64,000 nucleotides of DNA from an uncultured Gammaproteobacteria bacterium (GCA_964355955.1 CAYHFQ010000003.1:31777-95776); one strand, 5' to 3'. Positions 44,864 to 54,681 are shown, counted from the first letter of the stretch. Notes: generated from the letters alone by a model not told the origin. Program-made: numbers and translations.

Positions 44864-46120
44864 ATGAAAAATTACAAAGAAGCCGTACAGCGCCTGATAG
44901 GTCTCAGTAATTTGGAGACGTCGTGGCGCGGGAGTCAGGAGAGTTTGCAGGAGTCGCTCAAACGGACCAAGCAGTTACTGGCCAAGCTCGAGTACCCCGA
45001 GCGTAGATTAAAATTTGTGCATGTGACGGGCACGAGCGGTAAAGGTAGTGTGACCAACTTGATTCACGAGATGCTCTTGGCGGATGGTCGGGCTGTGGCG
45101 AGTTATACGTCGCCGCACACGACGACGCTGCTCGAAAGATTTAGAGTGAATGAGAAGTTGATTGAACCGAAGCTACTCATACAAGCCATCGAGCTCGTTA
45201 TCGCGGCGTATTCGATTCATCTAGAAGAAAGCAAGCAGACGCTCAGCTACTTCGAACTCGCAACCGTCGTCGCACTGGTGGCCTTCGTGTTGGCCAAGGT
45301 TGAGTGGTGTGTGCTCGAGGTGGGACTCGGTGGACGCTGGGATTCGACAAATGTCATTCCGAAGAAAGAGGTGGCGGTGATTACCAACGTCGACCTGGAT
45401 CATACGGATATTTTAGGGAATAGTGTAGAGGAGATTGCGCAGGAAAAAGTAGGAATTATTACGGGGCGCTGTGCGGTTATTGCCGGCGTCGTCCAAGCGA
45501 ATTTGCGGGAGTTGATAAGTGATGTGGCGAGCGATAAGAAGGCCAGCGTGAGATTTATTGAGGCTCCGAATGGTGATCATCGCTTACATAACGCGTTGAT
45601 TGCGACAGCAGCGGCGCAAGCGGTGGGCGTGAAAATCGAAGTGATTGAGAAGGCGCTAGCGAAGAGTAAGGGACTGCCCTGCCGGTTTGAGGTGATGAGT
45701 CAGAAGCCGCTCGTAATTGTCGACGGGGCGCACAATGAGGCCAAGATGAACGGAACGGTGCAGCTACTGAAGTCGATGAAACGAGGAAAAGTGCATGTCA
45801 TCTTTGGTTGTAAGCACAGTAAAGATGCGGGGGCGATGCTCAAGGCTTTAGCACCGCTGGCTGACGTCATCCATACCACGCGCTACCAACATGGCTATGG
45901 CGCACCAGAGAATCCAGCAGTGCTCGCTAAGCTGATTACGAAGGGTAAGCGAGGAAAGACGTGGCTCTTTGCCGACGAGGCGCTGCAGCAGGTACTCGAC
46001 GAAATGAAACCAGAAGATACACTTTTAATTACAGGATCGCTCTATTTGGCTGGAGAATTAAGGACACATTGGGTGAGTGAAGAATCGATTGTTAGAAGGC
46101 AATCTAGCCAAGTTAAATAA
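44864..46120 (+). CDS. folC: Folylpolyglutamate synthase/dihydrofolate synthase (Mur ligase family).
   Basis: ATP-binding VTGTSGKGS, DHTDILG and the Mur ligase C-domain. The track start is TTG 44834; ATG 44864 is preferred. Confidence 0.8.
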   Translation: MKNYKEAVQRLIGLSNLETSWRGSQESLQESLKRTKQLLAKLEYPERRLKFVHVTGTSGKGSVTNLIHEMLLADGRAVASYTSPHTTTLLERFRVNEKLIEPKLLIQAIELVIAAYSIHLEESKQTLSYFELATVVALVAFVLAKVEWCVLEVGLGGRWDSTNVIPKKEVAVITNVDLDHTDILGNSVEEIAQEKVGIITGRCAVIAGVVQANLRELISDVASDKKASVRFIEAPNGDHRLHNALIATAAAQAVGVKIEVIEKALAKSKGLPCRFEVMSQKPLVIVDGAHNEAKMNGTVQLLKSMKRGKVHVIFGCKHSKDAGAMLKALAPLADVIHTTRYQHGYGAPENPAVLAKLITKGKRGKTWLFADEALQQVLDEMKPEDTLLITGSLYLAGELRTHWVSEESIVRRQSSQVK

Positions 46121-46250
46121 CTCGCAACCGCCAATCCCCTATTCCTAGCGGCGCCTCGTCAACCGCACCAGCCGTCTCACCTCGTATGACTCGGGCGCTG
46201 GCGCAGGGCCGAGGCTGGCGTCGTCATAGGAGATATGGCAATTGCTCGCT
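46121..46250. repeat. Structured repeat, copy D, immediately after the folC stop. Flanks are diverged (CTCGCAACCGCCAATCCCCTATTCCTAGC ... GTCGTCATAGGAGATATGGCAATTGCTCGCT) and the Y motif is conserved.
   Basis: Outer stem CCCCTAT/ATAGGAG versus CTCCTGT/ACAGGAG in copy B, i.e. a G-C to A-T compensatory change. Inner stem CCAGC/GCTGG. Confidence 0.65.
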
Positions 46251-46278
46251 ACTTGGCCTTACAAGCTGCGTAAGAAAA

Positions 46279-46307
46279 TTGACATAACAAGCTCTGGAGG
46301 CTATCGT
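46279..46307 (+). promoter_or_regulatory. Putative topA promoter TTGACA-N17-TATCGT, with the ATG 12 nt downstream (short or leaderless 5' UTR).
   Basis: TTGACA at 46279-46284 and TATCGT at 46302-46307. No Shine-Dalgarno sequence before ATG 46319. Confidence 0.4.
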
Positions 46308-46318
46308 TCGCAGCAAAT

Positions 46319-48604
46319 ATGTCTAAACTTGTCATTGTCGAGTCCCCTACTAAAGCTAAAACCATTACCAAATTTTTAGGGAAAGAATTCACAATTCTTT
46401 CTTCTTTTGGTCATATTCGTGACTTGCCGAAGAAGTCCACAGCGGTCGACGTCGAGCATGGCTTTACGCCAACTTACGAAGTGCCGGTAGATAAAAAGGC
46501 CAAGGTGACGGCACTCAAACAAGCGGCTAAGGGTGTGGATGAAGTCTACCTCGCAACCGACGAAGACCGTGAAGGAGAAGCTATTGCCTGGCATATTGCC
46601 GAGGTACTTAAGCTCGATGTGGCGACCGCTAAGCGTATTACTTTCCACGAAATTACCAAGGCCGCGATTGTGAACGCGGTGGAGCATCCGAGGACCATCG
46701 ACATGAACATGGTCAACGCCCAGCAGACACGTCGAATTCTTGACCGCTTGGTGGGTTACGAGTTGTCACCTTTATTGTGGAAGAAAGTACAACGCGGACT
46801 CTCGGCTGGACGTGTGCAGAGCGTGGCCGTGCGTTTAGTTGTTGAACGTGAGCTAGAACGTAATGCTTTTAAGAGCGGCGAATACTGGACGATTGAAGCG
46901 ACGTTTGAGAAAGACGGCGCCGTGCTGGAAGCCAAGTTGAATAGCATCGACGGTAAGAAGCTGGAGAAGCTCGATATCAAAAATGAGGCCGACGCGAAGA
47001 GAATTGTCGACGATGTTACCGGTGCCAGCTTTGTTGTCGATAAGATTGAGTTGAAAGATGCGTCGCGTAAACCGCCGATCCCTCTCACGACGTCGAGCTT
47101 GCAGCAGGATGCTTACAACCGCTTAGGCATGAGCGCTAAGCAGACCATGACCTTGGCGCAGAAGTTGTACGAAACGGGTAAGATCACTTACATGCGTACT
47201 GACTCCCAGAATTTGGCGGAGCAGTTTACCGGTGCCACGCAAGAATATTTGAAGACGACGTTCGGCGCTGAATACGCTAAGGGTGCAGTTAAATATGCCA
47301 CCAAGAGCAAGGGTGCCCAGGAAGCACACGAAGCCATTCGTCCGACTGATGTGACGGCCACGCCAGAGAGCTTGCAAGCGAGTCTCGAAAGCGGTGAATG
47401 GAAACTGTACGATTTGATTTGGCGTCGCACGGTGGCGAGCCAGATGCCAAGCGCTAAGATGCGTCGAACGGCTGTCGACCTATTGGGCAACAAACATATT
47501 TTCCGCGTGAACGGCAGCACAGTGGTCTTCCCTGGCTTCATGAAAGTGTGGCAAGCGAGCGAGGACAAGTTGTTGCCGGTAATGGCACAAGGTGACGTGA
47601 TTGGTGAAGCCAAGGAGATCAAGCCGGAACAACACTTCACCGAACCAGCCGCCCGTTACAGTGATGCGACTTTAATTAAGGCCTTGGAAGAATACGGCAT
47701 TGGCCGCCCTTCCACTTACGCCCCAACTTTGACGACGATTATTGACCGTGGCTATGTGCTGCGCGACGACAATAAAAAGCTCTTCCCGTCCGACATTGCC
47801 ATCATCGTAACGGATTTGCTGAAGACGCATTTCCCCAATATCGTCGGCTATGATTTTACGGCAGACATGGAAGGTAAACTCGACGAGGTCGCCGAGGGCA
47901 AACAAGACTGGCAGAAGATTTTGGGCGACTTTTATGGTCCGTTCCATGCCCAGATCGTGGAAAAGACTGGCGACTTGAGCCGAGCTGACGTGATGAAGGA
48001 GAAGAGCTTGGGCTTCGACCCGGCTGATGGGCTCGAAATTATCGTGCGAACTGGACGTTTTGGACCTTATGTACAGCGCGGTATTGTGAGTGATGAGAAC
48101 CCGAAACCGCCACGAGCGTCTTTAACGAAAGATCAGCTGATGGATACTATTACCCTCGACCAGGCTTTGAAGTTGCTCTTGCTTCCCCGCTTGGTTGGTA
48201 AGCACACGAATGGCGAAGACATCATTGCCAACCTCGGTCGCTTTGGCCCGTACTTAAAGTGTGGCAGCGTCAACATTACTTTGCCGCCGGAAGATCACCC
48301 AGCCGAAGTCAGCCTCGAACGCGCCATTCAGATTTGTACGGAAGGCATCGCTAAAAAGGCGGCGGCGATGAAACCGCTGGCAGAACTTGGAACCGATCCG
48401 ACGAGTAAAGGTGAGATTGTTATTCGCAGCGGACGCTTTGGTGATTATATTACCGACGGCAAGACCAACGTGACGGTGCCAAAGAAAATTACCTGGCAAG
48501 ACGTGACGCCCGAGATGGCGATTGAGATGCTCACGAAGAAGCGAGCGTCGCCAAAGAAGGCTTGGGGGAAGAGAAAAAAGAAGAGTGACGATAGTGAGGA
48601 ATAA
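46319..48604 (+). CDS. topA: DNA topoisomerase I.
   Basis: TOPRIM motif (VIVESPTKAK) and the active-site Tyr region, plus a C-terminal Lys-rich tail. Confidence 0.95.
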   Translation: MSKLVIVESPTKAKTITKFLGKEFTILSSFGHIRDLPKKSTAVDVEHGFTPTYEVPVDKKAKVTALKQAAKGVDEVYLATDEDREGEAIAWHIAEVLKLDVATAKRITFHEITKAAIVNAVEHPRTIDMNMVNAQQTRRILDRLVGYELSPLLWKKVQRGLSAGRVQSVAVRLVVERELERNAFKSGEYWTIEATFEKDGAVLEAKLNSIDGKKLEKLDIKNEADAKRIVDDVTGASFVVDKIELKDASRKPPIPLTTSSLQQDAYNRLGMSAKQTMTLAQKLYETGKITYMRTDSQNLAEQFTGATQEYLKTTFGAEYAKGAVKYATKSKGAQEAHEAIRPTDVTATPESLQASLESGEWKLYDLIWRRTVASQMPSAKMRRTAVDLLGNKHIFRVNGSTVVFPGFMKVWQASEDKLLPVMAQGDVIGEAKEIKPEQHFTEPAARYSDATLIKALEEYGIGRPSTYAPTLTTIIDRGYVLRDDNKKLFPSDIAIIVTDLLKTHFPNIVGYDFTADMEGKLDEVAEGKQDWQKILGDFYGPFHAQIVEKTGDLSRADVMKEKSLGFDPADGLEIIVRTGRFGPYVQRGIVSDENPKPPRASLTKDQLMDTITLDQALKLLLLPRLVGKHTNGEDIIANLGRFGPYLKCGSVNITLPPEDHPAEVSLERAIQICTEGIAKKAAAMKPLAELGTDPTSKGEIVIRSGRFGDYITDGKTNVTVPKKITWQDVTPEMAIEMLTKKRASPKKAWGKRKKKSDDSEE

Positions 48605-48610
48605 GAAGTA

Positions 48611-48645
48611 GGCGGGGCGCAGTGTCCTCGCCTATTGTTATAAAA
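48611..48645 (+). terminator. Hairpin GGCGGGG-cgcagtgt-CCTCGCC followed by TATTGTTAT, after topA.
   Basis: 7-bp stem with one G-U pair. The T-rich tract is weak. Confidence 0.35.
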
Positions 48646-48672
48646 CGGTTTTTGGCCTATTCTGAGAAGAGT

Positions 48673-50142
48673 ATGCAGATGCCTTCGTTTGATGATTTAA
48701 AGGTGGTACTCGACGCGAGATACAGCGAGTTTGATTTGATTTTGCTGCAAACGGCGTATGAATATGCCAAGCTAGCACATGAGGGGCAAACAAGGAGTAC
48801 GGGTGAGCCGTATTTTAATCACGTTTTTCAGACGGCCGTTAAGCTGGCTAAGTTGCGTTTGCCGAGTGAAGTAATTGCAGCTGGGTTGTTGCATGATGTA
48901 CCGGAGGATACGGAGAGAACGCTCGAGGATGTAGAAAAAGAATTCGGGGCAGATATTGCCGGCATGGTGGCGAGTTGTACCAAGCTCGGTAAAGTTAAGT
49001 ACCGCGGTGAGGAGCGTTACATTGAAAACCTGCGCAAGATGTTCGTGGCGATGGCGGAGGACGTGCGCGTCATCTTCATTAAGTTTGCGGACCGCATGCA
49101 CAACATGGAGACGCTGTATGCCCGGCCGGAGCATAAGCGTTTGCGGATTGCCAAGGAGGTAATGGAGATTTACGCCCCGATCGCTAATAGGCTAGGCATG
49201 GCGGAATATCGTGGTCAATTTGAGGACCATGCTTTTAAGTACCTCTTCCCTCGCGACTACACTTGGACCCAGCATTTACTCGAGGAGCGTGTGCGTAAAT
49301 TTGGGCCGGCCATGAACCGCGCCATTCCGACGGTGGAAAAAGAGTTGAAGGATCATAACGTCAACTATGTCGACATCCACGGCCGGATGAAACATTGTTA
49401 TAGCCTATATAAGAAGCTCAAAAAATACGGTAATGACATCGACAAAGTGTACGACATTGTGGCCTTGCGGATAATTGTGCCCAGTGTGGCCGACTGTTAT
49501 GCCGCGCTTGGCATTCTACATAGCCTGTACACGCCGCTCCCCGGTCGTATTAAGGATTATATCGCGCAACCTAAACCAAACGGTTATAGCTCACTCCACA
49601 CCACCGTGTTTGACGACCAAGGGGCAATTGTCGAGTTTCAAATACGCACGCAGCAGATGCACGAGGAGGACGAGTACGGTATTGCCGCGCACTGGCGGTA
49701 TAAAGAAGGGTCGGCCAAGAACAAGCACGTCACCTGGATGGAAGAGTTCGCTAAAATTCAAAAAGAAATTAGCGGCGATACTTTCATGGACCATTTGGAC
49801 AACATGAAGCTCGACATGTTCCGCGACCGCATCTTCGTGTTCACGCCCCGGGGCGACGTGATTGACTTACCGGAGGATTCGACGCCTGTTGATTTTGCTT
49901 ACGCTGTCCACACCGACATCGGTAATAAAACGACGATGGCGCAAGTGAACCGGGTCGTCGCGCCGCTCGACACTCCGCTCAAAAGTGGCGATGTAGTGGA
50001 AATTGTGACTGACAAAAATCGTAAGCTGCCGAACGAGGATTGGCTGCGTTTTGTGAAGACGCACCAGGCGCGGGAGAAAATAAAAGACGCGCTCCGAGCC
50101 ACGAAGCGGTCGTTTATTTCGAAGATGTTGGGGCGGAGTTAA
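48673..50142 (+). CDS. rel: Bifunctional (p)ppGpp synthetase/hydrolase of the short RelA/SpoT type (HD + synthetase + TGS domains; no ACT domain).
   Basis: HD motif LHDVPEDT, the synthetase-domain sequence ...RIKDYIAQPKPNGYSSLHTTV, and TGS (FVFTPRGDVIDLP). The track start is GTG 48622, which lies inside the topA terminator hairpin; ATG 48673 is preferred. Confidence 0.85.
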   Translation: MQMPSFDDLKVVLDARYSEFDLILLQTAYEYAKLAHEGQTRSTGEPYFNHVFQTAVKLAKLRLPSEVIAAGLLHDVPEDTERTLEDVEKEFGADIAGMVASCTKLGKVKYRGEERYIENLRKMFVAMAEDVRVIFIKFADRMHNMETLYARPEHKRLRIAKEVMEIYAPIANRLGMAEYRGQFEDHAFKYLFPRDYTWTQHLLEERVRKFGPAMNRAIPTVEKELKDHNVNYVDIHGRMKHCYSLYKKLKKYGNDIDKVYDIVALRIIVPSVADCYAALGILHSLYTPLPGRIKDYIAQPKPNGYSSLHTTVFDDQGAIVEFQIRTQQMHEEDEYGIAAHWRYKEGSAKNKHVTWMEEFAKIQKEISGDTFMDHLDNMKLDMFRDRIFVFTPRGDVIDLPEDSTPVDFAYAVHTDIGNKTTMAQVNRVVAPLDTPLKSGDVVEIVTDKNRKLPNEDWLRFVKTHQAREKIKDALRATKRSFISKMLGRS

Positions 50143-50159
50143 AAACAGAAACGCACCCA

Positions 50160-50220
50160 GGGGCGATGCGCTCTGCCGGAGTGAATCCGGAGGCGTCATC
50201 GCACACTGGGTGCGAGAGGT
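50160..50220 (-). terminator. Long imperfect palindrome (CACCCAGGGGCGATG...CATCGCACACTGGGTG). On the minus strand it is followed by GTTTCTGTTTTT.
   Basis: Lies between the convergent rel gene and the GC-rich minus-strand gene. Confidence 0.35.
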
Positions 50221-50703
50221 TCAGTCGACGTTGATGTCGCGCTCGTCCACGTCACCAGTCCAACGATGCAACTCGGTTCGCCAGTCATGATCCTGGTCGA
50301 ATTGACGGTTGCAAGCGGAGCAGCGACAGTGCCGGATCAACCAGTCGCGGTCGTGAACGTGGGCCGCGAAGTCGGTGGGCAACTGCTCGAGTTCCTCGAG
50401 CAAGGTGGTGTAGGCGCTGTCGAACAGACAACGAGCCTCGGAGGTAAGCGCGGTCAGAATGCTCATGCTGATCCGCATGAGCCTGCCCTCGTCGGTCTTC
50501 AACTTGAGGCACGACTTGTAGGTGAGGAGCGCGACACGGTAGCAGTTGCTCCAGTAGACGTCGAGCCCGGCGTCGAAGGCGGCGTCGTAGCTCTCCAACC
50601 GTCCGGCTGGAGCCTCAGCGAGCGTCTTCAGCACGTCCTTGGCGTACGGCGTCTGAGGACAGCAGCCGAACCGGGAGTAGATGAGATGAGCGGGAACAGT
50701 CAT
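50221..50703 (-). CDS. GC-rich Cys/His-rich hypothetical protein. The likely start is the internal ATG (MTVPAHLIYSRFGCCPQ...HCRCSACNRQFDQDHDW).
   Basis: The track ORF is 50221..50769; an internal Met follows a Pro-rich spurious-looking N-terminus. No family recognised. Confidence 0.4.
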   Translation of the reverse strand: MTVPAHLIYSRFGCCPQTPYAKDVLKTLAEAPAGRLESYDAAFDAGLDVYWSNCYRVALLTYKSCLKLKTDEGRLMRISMSILTALTSEARCLFDSAYTTLLEELEQLPTDFAAHVHDRDWLIRHCRCSACNRQFDQDHDWRTELHRWTGDVDERDINVD

Positions 50704-50819
50704 GGTGGACTCCTGTAGAGAGGTGGGAGGTGGCGCTGGCGGGTTGCCAACGACCTGAAATGATAACAAAAAAGAGGCCTTTTGTCAAGGTCTCTTGCCT
50801 GTTTTGTGGCTAACCCTAG

Positions 50820-51746
50820 CTAAGTTAAATGTTCGATGAGGGCCTTCAAGTCGTCCTTGGAGTAGAAGTGAATGATCACCTGGCCGCTGGCTTGGGTGGT
50901 CATTTTGATTTCTACTTTGGTGCCGATTTTCTCGCGGAGTTCGCGCTCGATGGCTTCTAGGTTAGGGTCACGGAAAAGGTGGGGCTGACGGACGTGGGCC
51001 CTAACGGTGCGTTCGGCTTCACGGATGCTGACGCCGCCTTTCAGCATGCGTTCAAAGAGGTCGCGTTGACGGGCGACGTTGCCTTCTTGCAACAAGGTGC
51101 GGCCGGCGGATTTGCTGATTTTACCTTCTTTGATGGCGGTTAGAATATCATCCGGCAAATCGAGCAAGCGGAGAGCATTCGTAATAAAGGGACGACTCTT
51201 GCCGACGCGTTCCGCCATCTCCTCTTGACTCAAACCAAAGTCCTCCATGAGGGCTTTGTAGGCCAAGGCTTCTTCGACCGGATTCAAGTCCGAGCGCTGC
51301 ACGTTCTCGATGATGGCGAGTTCGAGCTTTTCGCGATCAGTAGCTTCGCGGACGACGACTGGCACGGTTGCCAGGCCGGCAATAGCGGAGGCACGCAAAC
51401 GGCGTTCACCAGCGATGAGTTCGTACTGGCCGTTACCCTTGTCCGTCACTGTGAGAGGCTGCAAAATGCCGTGCTCACGAATGCTGTTAGCCAAGTCGCT
51501 CAGTTCTTCGGGCGTGAATTCGCGGCGAGGCTGACGTGGGTTCGGGACGATTTGTGAAGGAGAAACGTGAATGAGGCGCAGGCCCTCGTCGACCACGCTT
51601 TCTAAAACATTTGGTTGTTCAACACGGGACTCGATAATTGGAGTTTCAGTGGCGACGGTTGGTGACTGAGTTGGCGCGTGAGCTGGGGTCATTTGAGGAA
51701 TCAACGAGCCGAGTCCCCTGCCTAGTCCACCGAATTGTTTGGCCAT
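50820..51746 (-). CDS. parB: Chromosome partitioning protein ParB/Spo0J.
   Basis: ParB box GERRLRAS and the HTH region. Confidence 0.9.
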   Translation of the reverse strand: MAKQFGGLGRGLGSLIPQMTPAHAPTQSPTVATETPIIESRVEQPNVLESVVDEGLRLIHVSPSQIVPNPRQPRREFTPEELSDLANSIREHGILQPLTVTDKGNGQYELIAGERRLRASAIAGLATVPVVVREATDREKLELAIIENVQRSDLNPVEEALAYKALMEDFGLSQEEMAERVGKSRPFITNALRLLDLPDDILTAIKEGKISKSAGRTLLQEGNVARQRDLFERMLKGGVSIREAERTVRAHVRQPHLFRDPNLEAIERELREKIGTKVEIKMTTQASGQVIIHFYSKDDLKALIEHLT

Positions 51747-51755
51747 AAATCTACT

Positions 51756-52535
51756 TTATTGTTGAACAGGTGCGACGTCCTCACGGGTAACGAATTCTCG
51801 AGCGAGTCTCTCGTAAGCCTTGGCGGCCTTGCTTTCGGGGTCGTAGTGCAGAATTGATTTGCCGAAGCTCGGGGCTTCAGCCAGGCGAATGCTGCGCGGA
51901 ATGACAGAGCGGAAGATCTTGCCTGGGAAGTGTTTGTAGAGTTCTTGGAGAACTTGATTCGAGAGATTGGTGCGGGTGTCGAACATGGTGATGACCGCGC
52001 CCATGACCTCCAGTTCCGGTTTTAAGTTGGTGCGGATGAGGTTGACGGTGTGCATGAGTTGGCCGATGCCTTCGAGCGCGTAGTACTCGGCTTGCACAGG
52101 AATGAGGACGCTATCGCTGGCGACTAGGCCGTTGATGGTGAGGAGGCCGAGGGATGGCGGGTTGTCGATAATGATGTAGTCGTAGTCGTTCCGCACCTCC
52201 AGCAAGGCTTTGGCGAGTTTGTGCTCGCGGTTGAATTCGTTGACCAGTTCCACAGAACTGCCGGCCAAGTTGGCGCTGCCAGGCAGAATAGAGAGGCCGT
52301 CGTGGGCGGTGGCAATGATGACGTCCTTGGCTTTTTGGGAACCTGAGATGACTTCGTAAGTACCCATGAGGTCGCTGACGTCGTGGCCGAAGCCGCTCGT
52401 GGCGTTGCCCTGTGGGTCAAGGTCTACTAACAAAACACGTTTGCCAAAACTGGCAAGATAAGCAGATAAATTGATGGATGTGGTGGTTTTGCCCACCCCA
52501 CCCTTTTGGTTCACGACGGAGACGATATAGGCCAT
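51756..52535 (-). CDS. parA: Chromosome partitioning ATPase ParA/Soj.
   Basis: Deviant Walker A motif KGGVGKTT. Confidence 0.9.
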   Translation of the reverse strand: MAYIVSVVNQKGGVGKTTTSINLSAYLASFGKRVLLVDLDPQGNATSGFGHDVSDLMGTYEVISGSQKAKDVIIATAHDGLSILPGSANLAGSSVELVNEFNREHKLAKALLEVRNDYDYIIIDNPPSLGLLTINGLVASDSVLIPVQAEYYALEGIGQLMHTVNLIRTNLKPELEVMGAVITMFDTRTNLSNQVLQELYKHFPGKIFRSVIPRSIRLAEAPSFGKSILHYDPESKAAKAYERLAREFVTREDVAPVQQ

Positions 52536-52586
52536 AAGGATAGGAGGAGTATAGCAAATAAAATACCGCGACGACAGGGCTCGGAA

Positions 52587-52874
52587 CTAAGCCAAAAAAT
52601 TGCTCTTATTTCTATAGCGAAAAGCAAGTAGGGCGTAAATTGCCACAAGAATTGTGTAGACGAGGCCGCCGGCGATTAGCGGGAGATCTGCTACGGCGAT
52701 GTATTTGAGCTGAAAGAGAATGGCGGCGGCGAGTCTGACAGTGACGCCTTGCGCAGATACGTCACGAGATGACCGTGTTTTGAGAAGACGACGGATTTGG
52801 AAGATGAGGTCGACGTAAAAGAAGCCGTAGCCTAGGGCGAGTGCGAGATTTTCGAAGTGCATATTAAGTATCAT
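52587..52874 (-). CDS. Small 3-transmembrane-segment membrane protein (95 aa).
   Basis: Hydrophobicity pattern. Overlaps the next gene by 4 nt. Confidence 0.4.
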   Translation of the reverse strand: MILNMHFENLALALGYGFFYVDLIFQIRRLLKTRSSRDVSAQGVTVRLAAAILFQLKYIAVADLPLIAGGLVYTILVAIYALLAFRYRNKSNFLA

Positions 52875-53494
52875 ATTCCCCCTAAATCTCTAGAGATGGC
52901 GACATGAGCTAAATATCCGTCCATAATTTCCAAAGCGGCGGTGCGGAGAGATTGACGTTGGTCGACGCTGGCTACTAAGTCGCTCGGAACGATGACCTGG
53001 TAGCCTTCGGTAAAGGCTCGTTCGACGGCACCAAAAACGCAAACTTCCGTGTAAAGGCCGGTCACGATGATGGTTTCGATGTTATGTTGTTTGAGTAATG
53101 GCAATAGCTCGGCATTGCTGAAGATATCGTAATACTTTTTCTCGAGGACGACGTCGTCAGCTTGCGGTTGGATCTGGTAAAAGTCGTAGCCCTGACTGCC
53201 ACGCGCTAAACCAAACGGCCAGGTGGCGGCCCCACTTTCAGCACCGCTAGACAGCTTTTCTTGGAGATTACTAGGAGACTCTTCTTTGGAATTAACCATC
53301 TGACTGAATACGATCAATAAACCACGGCTCCGCATTTGATCAACGAAATCAATAAGCTGCGGCACCATCAGTCTAATCTGCTCAGTCCCCCACCCTAAGT
53401 TCTTAGCAAAAGCCCCGTCGTCGGCACAAAAGTCATTTTGGATGTCGAGTACGATGACAGCGGTTTTAGTGGGTTCGAAGTTGATCATAATCAA
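52871..53494 (-). CDS. Isochorismatase-family cysteine hydrolase.
   Basis: VIVLDIQNDF...TGLYTEVCVFGAVERA. The catalytic Asp/Lys/Cys arrangement is typical of the family. Confidence 0.75.
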   Translation of the reverse strand: MIMINFEPTKTAVIVLDIQNDFCADDGAFAKNLGWGTEQIRLMVPQLIDFVDQMRSRGLLIVFSQMVNSKEESPSNLQEKLSSGAESGAATWPFGLARGSQGYDFYQIQPQADDVVLEKKYYDIFSNAELLPLLKQHNIETIIVTGLYTEVCVFGAVERAFTEGYQVIVPSDLVASVDQRQSLRTAALEIMDGYLAHVAISRDLGGI

Positions 53495-53569
53495 TTACTT
53501 CAATAATACAACGATCCTCATGGCGAACTTTTGGACGTCGTGCTTGGCCATGTTCCAAACAGCCGCGCG

Positions 53570-54520
53570 TTAACGGCGGCTTGGCCCTGATGGACGAAAC
53601 TCGCTTTCGATTTCACGCCGCTTCCCTTCTGTTATTTCAGCCCTGAGCTCCTTGAGTTTCTCGTCCCATATTTCGCGTCCATACTCATAAATACCAGACT
53701 CGCCGAGTGCGTTTCCGTATTCTTCCCCTGTAATACCGATGTCACTATATAAATTCGTCCCACCTGACTTAAACTCTTGCGCTACTCGAGCATTAATCCA
53801 GCCTTCTTTATCCTGCGCCAGCGGTTCCGCGAGTGCCGATTCCTGCATATATGTCTTTTGCTCATCAAGCGCATCGCTGCGTAAGGTTTCTAGCGCACCA
53901 TCCATTCTACTGATCGCGATCTCTATTTTAGACATCTCATCATCGGCGAAGGTGAAATATGCTGACATGAGATACGAGAAATCGCGTTCTTCAGCGTATG
54001 TATCGAAAGCTGCTTTATTATTCTCTTGCGTATATTCCGGTCCGCGAACAAAGGCACGAACTTTTCCGTCATGTGCACCAAATGGGTGTGCGCCTTCATG
54101 CATTATTACTTCCATTGGCCAACCACCGTCTGCGCGGATGGCAATATAAGAGGGTTGAAAAATGGCTGGATGAAAGATTCCTCCGAGTTTCGACCCGTCG
54201 GTTCCTGCGAATTTCCAGCCATCATCAGGATCAAGCGCAAAAACATTTCCCTCACTCTTTTTTTGTAAGACTAAATCAAAGGTTGCTTGCACGTCAGCGA
54301 CAAAATGATCCGCTCCTTTCTTGTTGCCGCCAAAGGCGAATTTTTCATCTGCTGATTTTCCAAGACTCTCCACAAAAGGAAGTGACGCCTCGATTTGGCT
54401 TAGGCGATCATCAAACACGATCTCTTCTGCCTCCGTAAGGTCGCGAATTGGGATGCCTTGGCAGGCGGCGGAACAAAGAGCCATGCCTAGTGCTAATGCC
54501 TGATGGGAATGTGTAGTCAT
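53570..54520 (-). CDS. Putative secreted/lipoprotein zinc metallopeptidase (HExxH).
   Basis: N-terminal signal-like ALALGMALCSAAC and IMHEGAHPF. Confidence 0.45.
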   Translation of the reverse strand: MTTHSHQALALGMALCSAACQGIPIRDLTEAEEIVFDDRLSQIEASLPFVESLGKSADEKFAFGGNKKGADHFVADVQATFDLVLQKKSEGNVFALDPDDGWKFAGTDGSKLGGIFHPAIFQPSYIAIRADGGWPMEVIMHEGAHPFGAHDGKVRAFVRGPEYTQENNKAAFDTYAEERDFSYLMSAYFTFADDEMSKIEIAISRMDGALETLRSDALDEQKTYMQESALAEPLAQDKEGWINARVAQEFKSGGTNLYSDIGITGEEYGNALGESGIYEYGREIWDEKLKELRAEITEGKRREIESEFRPSGPSRR

Positions 54521-54604
54521 AGTATACGCAAGTGTAGCAGACCTTAGGTGGCATTAGTAGGGTTTTATAACTACACTAAAAAAACAGCCCGGAGGCTGTT
54601 CTTT

Positions 54605-54681
54605 TGGTAGCTGGGGCGGGAATCGAACCCGCGACCTAAGGCTTATGAGTCCTTCGCTCTAACCGACTGAGCTACCCAGCT
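54605..54681 (-). tRNA. tRNA-Met (anticodon CAU), elongator type (A1-U72 paired); it could alternatively be the lysidine-modified Ile isoacceptor.
   Basis: Cloverleaf folded by hand: acceptor AGCTGGG/CCCAGCT, anticodon loop CTCATAA, T-loop TTCGATT, encoded CCA. Confidence 0.85.

Noticed and set aside
50820-52535. Calling an origin of replication from parAB plus the DnaA-box 9-mers.
   Set aside because: The DnaA boxes are isolated and embedded in hairpin repeats. There is no dnaA/dnaN, no cluster of three or more boxes with an AT-rich unwinding element, and parAB alone does not locate oriC.
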